DNA of 33,639 nucleotides from a virus (Duplodnaviria; Heunggongvirae; Uroviricota; Caudoviricetes): IMG/VR virus record IMGVR_UViG_2718218449_000004; one strand, 5' to 3'. Shown piece by piece: positions 27,037 to 33,639 of this stretch (position 1 is its first letter; each line of letters starts with the position of its first letter). The notes under the pieces were generated by a model. It saw only the letters and a program-made list of their open reading frames with translations, ran no database searches and was not told where the DNA came from. The position numbers and the translations under genes were made by a program.

Positions 27037-28227
27037 ATGAGTGATTATCATCACGGCGTGCAGGTGCTGGAGATTAACGACGGCACCCGCGTCATTTCCA
27101 CCGTATCCACCGCCATTGTCGGCATGGTCTGCACGGCCAGCGATGCGGATGCGGAAACCTTCCCCCTCAATAAACCTGTGCTGATTACCAATGTGCAGAG
27201 CGCAATTGCAAAGGCCGGTAAAAAAGGCACGCTGGCGGCATCGTTGCAGGCCATCGCTGACCAGTCAAAACCGGTTACCGTTGTCGTGCGTGTTGAAGAC
27301 GGCACCGGCGACGACGAAGAAACGAAACTCGCGCAGACCGTTTCCAATATCATCGGCACCACTGACGAAAACGGTCAGTATACCGGACTGAAAGCCCTGC
27401 TGGCGGCAGAGTCGGTAACCGGTGTTAAACCGCGTATTCTCGGCGTGCCGGGACTGGACACCAAAGAGGTGGCTGTTGCACTGGCATCAGTCTGTCAGAA
27501 GCTGCGCGCTTTCGGGTATATCAGCGCATGGGGCTGTAAAACCATTTCCGAGGTGAAAGCCTACCGCCAGAATTTCAGCCAGCGTGAGCTGATGGTCATC
27601 TGGCCGGATTTCCTCGCATGGGATACGGTCAGCAGCACCACCGCCACCGCGTATGCCACCGCCCGTGCGCTGGGTCTGCGCGCTAAAATCGACCAGGAGC
27701 AGGGCTGGCATAAAACGCTGTCCAACGTCGGGGTAAACGGTGTTAACGGCATCAGCGCATCTGTATTCTGGGATTTGCAGGAGTCCGGCACCGATGCTGA
27801 CCTGCTTAACGAGTCAGGCGTCACTACGCTGATTCGCCGCGACGGTTTCCGCTTCTGGGGTAACCGTACCTGCTCTGATGACCCGCTGTTCCTCTTTGAA
27901 AACTACACCCGCACCGCGCAGGTGCTGGCCGACACGATGGCTGAGGCGCACATGTGGGCGGTGGACAAGCCCATCACCGCAACGCTGATTCGCGACATCG
28001 TTGACGGCATCAATGCCAAATTCCGTGAGCTGAAAACAAACGGCTATATCGTGGATGCGACCTGCTGGTTCAGCGAAGAATCCAGCGATGCGGAAACCCT
28101 CAAGGCCGGAAAACTGTATATCGACTACGACTATACACCGGTACCTCCTCTTGAAAACCTGACCCTGCGCCAGCGTATCACCGATAAATACCTGGCAAAT
28201 CTGGTCACCTCGGTTAACAGCAATTAA
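27037..28227 (+). CDS. FI: Contractile tail sheath protein
   Basis: 396 aa, P2 gpFI position and size. Confidence 0.92.
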   Translation: MSDYHHGVQVLEINDGTRVISTVSTAIVGMVCTASDADAETFPLNKPVLITNVQSAIAKAGKKGTLAASLQAIADQSKPVTVVVRVEDGTGDDEETKLAQTVSNIIGTTDENGQYTGLKALLAAESVTGVKPRILGVPGLDTKEVAVALASVCQKLRAFGYISAWGCKTISEVKAYRQNFSQRELMVIWPDFLAWDTVSSTTATAYATARALGLRAKIDQEQGWHKTLSNVGVNGVNGISASVFWDLQESGTDADLLNESGVTTLIRRDGFRFWGNRTCSDDPLFLFENYTRTAQVLADTMAEAHMWAVDKPITATLIRDIVDGINAKFRELKTNGYIVDATCWFSEESSDAETLKAGKLYIDYDYTPVPPLENLTLRQRITDKYLANLVTSVNSN

Positions 28228-28239
28228 GGAGCCTGACCG

Positions 28240-28758
28240 ATGGCAATGCCGCGCAAACTCAAGTTAATGAACGTCTTTCTGAACGGCTACAGCTATCAGG
28301 GCGTCGCGAAGTCCGTCACGCTGCCAAAACTGACCCGTAAGCTCGAAAACTATCGCGGTGCGGGGATGAATGGCAGCGCACCGGTAGACCTCGGCCTTGA
28401 TGACGATGCGCTGTCAATGGAGTGGTCGCTCGGTGGCTTCCCGGATTCGGTTATCTGGGAGCTTTACGCCGCAACCGGTGTGGATGCCGTACCGATTCGT
28501 TTTGCAGGCTCTTACCAGCGCGACGATACCGGCGAAACGGTGGCCGTCGAGGTGGTCATGCGTGGCCGTCAGAAAGAAATCGACACCGGCGAGGGTAAAC
28601 AGGGAGAAGACACCGAGTCGAAAATCTCCGTGGTCTGCACCTATTTCCGGCTGACGATGGACGGTAAGGAGCTGGTCGAAATCGACACCATCAACATGAT
28701 TGAGAAGGTGAACGGCGTCGACCGGCTGGAGCAACACCGCCGCAATATCGGCCTGTGA
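28240..28758 (+). CDS. FII: Tail tube protein
   Basis: 172 aa, P2 gpFII position and size. Confidence 0.92.
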   Translation: MAMPRKLKLMNVFLNGYSYQGVAKSVTLPKLTRKLENYRGAGMNGSAPVDLGLDDDALSMEWSLGGFPDSVIWELYAATGVDAVPIRFAGSYQRDDTGETVAVEVVMRGRQKEIDTGEGKQGEDTESKISVVCTYFRLTMDGKELVEIDTINMIEKVNGVDRLEQHRRNIGL

Positions 28759-28814
28759 TTTTCATCCGGTCAGCCAGGCTGACCGGTTAACCCTGATTCA
28801 GAAGTGAGAAAACC

Positions 28815-29090
28815 ATGAACAAAGAAAATGTGATTACCCTGGACAATCCGGTCAAGCGTGGTGAGCAGGTTATCGAACAGGTCACGCTGATGAAACCCAA
28901 TGCCGGGACGCTGCGCGGTGTCAGTCTGGCTGCGGTCGCGAACTCCGAAGTCGATGCACTGATTAAAGTGCTGCCGCGCATGACGGCACCGATGCTGACC
29001 GAACAGGAGGTCGCCGCGCTGGAACTGCCTGACCTTGTGGCGCTGGCCGGTAAGGTGGTCGGTTTTTTGTCGCCGAACTCGGTGCAGTGA
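28815..29090 (+). CDS. E: Tail assembly chaperone E
   Basis: 91 aa, P2 gpE position; contains the slippery T-TTT-TTG site near its 3' end. Confidence 0.88.
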   Translation: MNKENVITLDNPVKRGEQVIEQVTLMKPNAGTLRGVSLAAVANSEVDALIKVLPRMTAPMLTEQEVAALELPDLVALAGKVVGFLSPNSVQ

Positions 29091-29242
29091 CGTTTCCGAA
29101 AAATCTCTCGGTCGATGACCTGATGGCGGATGTGGCAGTGGTATTTCACTGGCCGCCATCAGAACTGTATCCCATGAGCCTGACCGAACTCATCACATGG
29201 CGCGAAAAGGCGCTCAGGCGAAGCGGAAACACGAATGAGTAA
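28815..29242 (+). CDS. Tail assembly chaperone E+E' (programmed -1 frameshift product)
   Basis: Slippery heptamer T TTT TTG at 29063-29069 in the E frame; the -1 frame is open from 29069 to TAA at 29240-29242, overlapping the T start. Confidence 0.7.
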
Positions 29243-31682
29243 CAATGTAAAATTACAGGTATTGCTCAGGGCTGTTGACCAGGCATCCCGCCCGTTTAAA
29301 TCCATCCGCACAGCGAGTAAGTCGCTGTCGGGGGATATCCGGGAAACACAAAAATCACTGCGCGAGCTGAACGGGCAGGCATCCCGTATTGAGGGATTCC
29401 GCAAGACCAGCGCACAGCTCGCCGTGACTGGTCATGCACTTGAAAAGGCACGGCAGGAGGCCGAAGCCCTTGCCACACAGTTTAAAAACACCGAACGTCC
29501 GACCCGTGCTCAGGCGAAAGTGCTGGAATCCGCAAAGCGTGCGGCGGAGGACTTACAGGCGAAATATAACCGCCTGACGGATTCCGTTAAACGCCAGCAG
29601 CGGGAACTGGCCGCTGTGGGAATTAATACCCGCAATCTTGCACATGATGAGCTGGGGCTGAAAAACCGTATCAGTGAAACCACCGCACAGCTTAACCGGC
29701 AGCGTGACGCGCTGGCGCGTGTCAGTGCGCAACAGGCAAAACTTAACGCAGTAAAACAGCGCTATCAGGCAGGAAAGGAGCTGGCCGGAAATATGGCCTC
29801 AGTGGGCGCTGCCGGTGTGGGGATTGCGGCGGCGGGAACGATGGCCGGTGTTAAGCTGCTGATGCCCGGTTATGAATTTGCGCAGAAAAACTCAGAATTA
29901 CAGGCCGTGCTCGGTGTGGCAAAAGACTCCGCCGAAATGGCCGCGCTACGCAAGCAGGCGCGCCAGCTCGGCGACAATACCGCCGCCTCGGCGGATGATG
30001 CGGCCGGTGCACAGATTATCATCGCGAAAGCGGGTGGGGATGTTGATGCCATTCAGGCGGCAACGCCGGTCACGCTGAATATGGCGCTGGCGAACCGTCG
30101 CACGATGGAAGAAAACGCCGCCCTGCTGATGGGGATGAAATCTGCCTTTCAGCTTTCAAACGATAAGGTTGCTCATATCGGGGATGTTCTCTCCATGACG
30201 ATGAACAAAACCGCCGCCGATTTTGACGGTATGAGCGATGCGCTGACCTATGCCGCACCTGTGGCAAAAAATGCCGGTGTCAGCATTGAAGAAACCGCCG
30301 CAATGGTCGGGGCGCTGCATGATGCAAAAATCACAGGCTCAATGGCGGGGACGGGAAGCCGTGCCGTGTTAAGTCGCCTGCAGGCACCGACGGGAAAAGC
30401 ATGGGATGCACTCAAAGAGCTTGGAGTGAAAACCTCAGACAGCAAGGGGAATACCCGACCAATATTTACCATTCTGAAAGAAATGCAGGCCAGTTTTGAG
30501 AAAAACCGGCTCGGTACTGCCCAGCAGGCTGAATACATGAAAACCATTTTCGGGGAGGAGGCCAGTTCAGCCGCCGCCGTGCTGATGACTGCCGCCTCAA
30601 CCGGAAAGCTGGACAAACTGACCGCTGCGTTTAAAGCCTCAGACGGGAAGACCGCAGAGCTGGTAAATATCATGCAGGACAACCTCGGCGGTGACTTTAA
30701 GGAGTTTCAGTCCGCTTATGAGGCGGTGGGGACTGACCTGTTTGACCAACAGGAAGGCGCACTGCGTAATCTCACGCAGACGGCCACAAAGTATGTGTTA
30801 AAACTCGACGGCTGGATCCAGAAAAACAAATCACTGGCGTCAACCATCGGCCTTATTGTCGGTGGCGCACTGGCGCTTATTGGCATCATCGGTGCAATTG
30901 GTCTTGTAGCCTGGCCGGTTATCACCGGCATTAATGCCATCATCGCGGCAGCAGGCGCAATGGGGGCAATCTTCACGACGGTTGGCAGTGCTGTTATGAC
31001 GGCCATCGGGGCGATTAGCTGGCCGGTTGTGGCCGTGGTGGCTGCAATTGTCGCCGGGGCGTTGCTTATCCGTAAATACTGGGAGCCTGTCAGCGCATTC
31101 TTTGGCGGTGTGGTTGAAGGGCTGAAAGCTGCATTTGCGCCGGTGGGGGAACTGTTCACGCCACTTAAGCCGCTGTTTGACTGGCTGGGTGAAAAGTTAC
31201 AGGCCGCGTGGCAGTGGTTTAAAAAACTGATTGCCCCGGTCAAAGCCACCCAGGACACCCTGAACCGTTGCCGTGACACGGGCGTCATGTTCGGGCAGGC
31301 ACTGGCTGACGCGTTGATGCTGCCGCTTAATGCGTTCAACAAACTGCGCAGTGGTATTGACTGGGTACTGGAAAAACTCGGTGTTATCAACAAAGAGTCA
31401 GACACACTTGACCAGACCGCCGCCAGAACTCATGCCGCCACGTATGGCACCGGTGGTTATATTCCGGCGACCAGCTCTTATGCAGGCTATCAGGCTTATC
31501 AGCCGGTCACGGCACCGGCTGGCCGCTCTTATGTGGACCAGAGTAAAAACGAATATCACATCAGCCTGACGGGTGGTACTGCGCCGGGGACACAGCTTGA
31601 CCGCCAGTTACAGGATGCGCTCGAAAAATACGAGCGGGATAAACGTGCGCGCGCCCGTGCCAGCATGATGCATGACGGTTAA
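29235..31682 (+). CDS. T: Tail tape measure protein
   Basis: 815 aa, P2 gpT size; Ala/Gly-rich hydrophobic segment about aa 530-620. Confidence 0.92.
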   Translation: MSNNVKLQVLLRAVDQASRPFKSIRTASKSLSGDIRETQKSLRELNGQASRIEGFRKTSAQLAVTGHALEKARQEAEALATQFKNTERPTRAQAKVLESAKRAAEDLQAKYNRLTDSVKRQQRELAAVGINTRNLAHDELGLKNRISETTAQLNRQRDALARVSAQQAKLNAVKQRYQAGKELAGNMASVGAAGVGIAAAGTMAGVKLLMPGYEFAQKNSELQAVLGVAKDSAEMAALRKQARQLGDNTAASADDAAGAQIIIAKAGGDVDAIQAATPVTLNMALANRRTMEENAALLMGMKSAFQLSNDKVAHIGDVLSMTMNKTAADFDGMSDALTYAAPVAKNAGVSIEETAAMVGALHDAKITGSMAGTGSRAVLSRLQAPTGKAWDALKELGVKTSDSKGNTRPIFTILKEMQASFEKNRLGTAQQAEYMKTIFGEEASSAAAVLMTAASTGKLDKLTAAFKASDGKTAELVNIMQDNLGGDFKEFQSAYEAVGTDLFDQQEGALRNLTQTATKYVLKLDGWIQKNKSLASTIGLIVGGALALIGIIGAIGLVAWPVITGINAIIAAAGAMGAIFTTVGSAVMTAIGAISWPVVAVVAAIVAGALLIRKYWEPVSAFFGGVVEGLKAAFAPVGELFTPLKPLFDWLGEKLQAAWQWFKKLIAPVKATQDTLNRCRDTGVMFGQALADALMLPLNAFNKLRSGIDWVLEKLGVINKESDTLDQTAARTHAATYGTGGYIPATSSYAGYQAYQPVTAPAGRSYVDQSKNEYHISLTGGTAPGTQLDRQLQDALEKYERDKRARARASMMHDG

Positions 31683-31696
31683 GGAGGTGACGAAAA

Positions 31697-32176
31697 ATGA
31701 TGCTCGCGTTAGGTATGTTTGTTTTTATGCGCCAGACGCTGCCACACCAGACCATGCAGCGTGAATCAGATTATCGCTGGCCGTCAAATTCCCGTATCGG
31801 TAAACGGGATGCCTACCAGTTTCTCGGCGTTGGCGAGGAAAACATGACGCTGGCCGGTGTGCTTTATCCCGAACTGACCGGCGGCAAGCTGACGATGACC
31901 ACGCTCAGGCTGATGGCAGAGGAAGGTCGGGCGTGGCCGTTGCTGGATGGCACCGGCATGATTTACGGCATGTATGTCATCAGCAGGGTGAGTGAAACAG
32001 GGAGTATTTTCTTTGCAGACGGCACACCCCGAAAAATTGATTTTACGCTGTCGCTCACCCGCGTTGACGAACCACTGGCCGCGCTTTATGGCGATATCGG
32101 TAAACAGGCGGAATCGCTCATCGGTAAGGCTGGCAGTATGGCGACTAAATTCACAGGTATGACGGGGGCGGGATAA
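31697..32176 (+). CDS. U: Tail protein U
   Basis: 159 aa, P2 gpU position; AAGGAGG RBS. Confidence 0.88.
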   Translation: MMLALGMFVFMRQTLPHQTMQRESDYRWPSNSRIGKRDAYQFLGVGEENMTLAGVLYPELTGGKLTMTTLRLMAEEGRAWPLLDGTGMIYGMYVISRVSETGSIFFADGTPRKIDFTLSLTRVDEPLAALYGDIGKQAESLIGKAGSMATKFTGMTGAG

Positions 32177-33339
32177 TGCTGGATGCACTGACATTTGATG
32201 CAGGCAGTACGCTGACGCCGGATTACATGCTGATGCTCGACAGCAGGGATATTACCGGCAATATCAGCGACCGTCTGATGAGCATGACTCTGACGGATAA
32301 CCGGGGCTTTGAGGCTGACCAGCTTGATATTGAACTGAACGATGCCGACGGGCAGGTCGGGCTGCCGATTCGTGGCGCTGTCCTGACGGTGTATATCGGC
32401 TGGAAAGGTTTTGCCCTGGTATGCAAAGGGAAATTTACCGTTGATGAGGTTGAACACCGGGGCGCGCCGGATGTGGTCACCATCCGCGCCCGGAGTGCAG
32501 ATTTTCGCGGGACGCTCAATTCCCGCCGTGAAGACTCCTGGCATGACACCACGCTCGGTGCGATTGTTGAGGCAATAGCCTCCCGTAACAGGCTGGAAGC
32601 CAGTGTCGCGCCGTCACTGGCCGGAATTAAAATCCCGCACATCGACCAGTCGCAGGAGTCTGATGCAAAATTCCTGACCCGCCTTGCTGAACGCAACGGC
32701 GGTGAGGTCTCGGTAAAAATGGGAAAACTGTTGTTTCTCAAAGCGGGGCAGGGGGTGACGGCCAGCGGTAAAAAAATCCCGCAGGTCACCATAACCCGCA
32801 GCGACGGCGACCGCCATCATTTTGCGATTGCTGACCGTGGAGCCTATACCGGTGTAACGGCAAAGTGGTTACACACCAAAGACCCGAAACCGCAAAAGCA
32901 GAAGGTAAAACTGAAACGCAAAAAGAAAGAGAAACACCTGCGCGCACTGGAGCACCCGAAAGCGAAACCGGTCAGGCAGAAGAAAGCGCCAAAAGTACCG
33001 GAAGCGCGCGAAGGTGAATACATGGCCGGTGAGGCTGACAACGTTTTTGCCCTGACCACGGTATATGCCACGAAAGCACAGGCCATGCGTGCTGCTCAGG
33101 CGAAGTGGGACAAACTGCAACGGGGCGTTGCGGAGTTCTCCATCATCCTGGCTACCGGTCGTGCAGATATTTACACGGAAACACCGGTCAGAGTGTCAGG
33201 CTTTAAGCGCGTCATAGACGAGCAGGACTGGACCATCACTAAGGTGACACATTTTCTGAATAATAGCGGCTTCACGACGTCCTTAGAGCTTGAGGTCAGG
33301 CTTTCTGATGTGGAATACGAAACAGAAGATGATGAATGA
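32176..33339 (+). CDS. D: Tail protein D (late control D / gp-X-like)
   Basis: 387 aa, P2 gpD position and size. Confidence 0.9.
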   Translation: MLDALTFDAGSTLTPDYMLMLDSRDITGNISDRLMSMTLTDNRGFEADQLDIELNDADGQVGLPIRGAVLTVYIGWKGFALVCKGKFTVDEVEHRGAPDVVTIRARSADFRGTLNSRREDSWHDTTLGAIVEAIASRNRLEASVAPSLAGIKIPHIDQSQESDAKFLTRLAERNGGEVSVKMGKLLFLKAGQGVTASGKKIPQVTITRSDGDRHHFAIADRGAYTGVTAKWLHTKDPKPQKQKVKLKRKKKEKHLRALEHPKAKPVRQKKAPKVPEAREGEYMAGEADNVFALTTVYATKAQAMRAAQAKWDKLQRGVAEFSIILATGRADIYTETPVRVSGFKRVIDEQDWTITKVTHFLNNSGFTTSLELEVRLSDVEYETEDDE

Positions 33340-33420
33340 TGTTTTTATTTTATCTGTTTGTTTTATAAGGATAAATTAACTAAAATGGCACCATCAACAA
33401 AACCGGAAGAGGTGCTCGCG

Positions 33421-33639
33421 ATGTTTCATTGTCCTTTATGCCAGCATGCCGCACATGCGCGTACAAGTCGCTATATCACTGACACGACAAAAGAGCGTTA
33501 TCACCAGTGTCAGAACGTGAATTGCAGCGCCACGTTCATCACTTATGAGTCGGTACAGCGATACATCGTGAAGCCGGGAGAAGTCCACGCCGTAAGACCG
33601 CACCCGTTGCCGTCAGGGCAGCAAATTATGTGGATGTAA
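33421..33639 (+). CDS. ogr: Late-gene transcriptional activator Ogr (zinc finger)
   Basis: Track ORF starts at TTG 33358; real ATG at 33421 (MFHCPLCQHAAHARTSRYITDTTKERYHQCQNVNCSATF...), 72 aa with a C2C2 zinc finger; stop TAA at 33637-33639. Confidence 0.92.
   Translation: MFHCPLCQHAAHARTSRYITDTTKERYHQCQNVNCSATFITYESVQRYIVKPGEVHAVRPHPLPSGQQIMWM

Larger units (their letters stand above)
1782..33639. mobile_element. P2-like (Peduovirus-type) prophage, attL to ogr; right end and attR beyond window
   Basis: Complete P2 gene order and sizes, att core at the left end and cos site internally; translations closely match remembered P2 proteins (A, N, O, L, X, lysC, Cox, Ogr). Confidence 0.9.

Noticed and set aside
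27051-33120. Antisense and nested ORFs across FI, FII, E, T, U and D (e.g. 30248-30682, 30716-31405, 32223-32792)
   Set aside because: Shadow ORFs opposite GC-rich tail genes; the T-antisense ORFs are Ala/Ser-rich low-complexity.
33358-33420. Upstream extension of ogr from the track start at 33358
   Set aside because: The codon at 33358 is TTG; Ogr begins MFHCPLC at ATG 33421.
1-33639. CRISPR arrays, tRNA/rRNA genes, IS elements
   Set aside because: No spaced direct-repeat array, no tRNA-like cloverleaf near the att core, and no transposase or terminal inverted repeats seen.

Overview
The window is an Escherichia-type chromosomal flank (yegS, yegR) followed by an essentially complete P2-like temperate prophage, running from attL (27-bp P2 att core at 1782-1808) to ogr at the window end; attR lies beyond the window. 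All calls rest on reading the supplied translations and the DNA by eye against remembered P2 proteins and sites; no searches were run. Gene order is P2-like throughout: int, C, cox, B, four small early ORFs, A, then cos, Q, P, O, N, M, L, X, the lysis cassette, tail and baseplate genes, E/E' with a -1 frameshift, T, U, D and ogr. Several track ORFs start on TTG/GTG upstream of the real ATG, so I re-set those starts. Two accessory loci stand out. (1) Where P2 carries tin/old, between A and cos, there is a visibly AT-rich three-gene operon (7839-11528): a lipase-like alpha/beta hydrolase, a small helical protein, and an SMC/Rad50-like ABC ATPase with a coiled coil and a CPVC zinc-hook motif. This is the best candidate for a new or poorly characterised anti-phage system, and its architecture resembles the Lamassu / ABC-3C families. 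(2) Where P2 carries Z/fun, between G and FI, there is a Gin/Hin/Cin-type invertible tail-fibre segment with its serine invertase, and both 26-bp crossover sites are identifiable.
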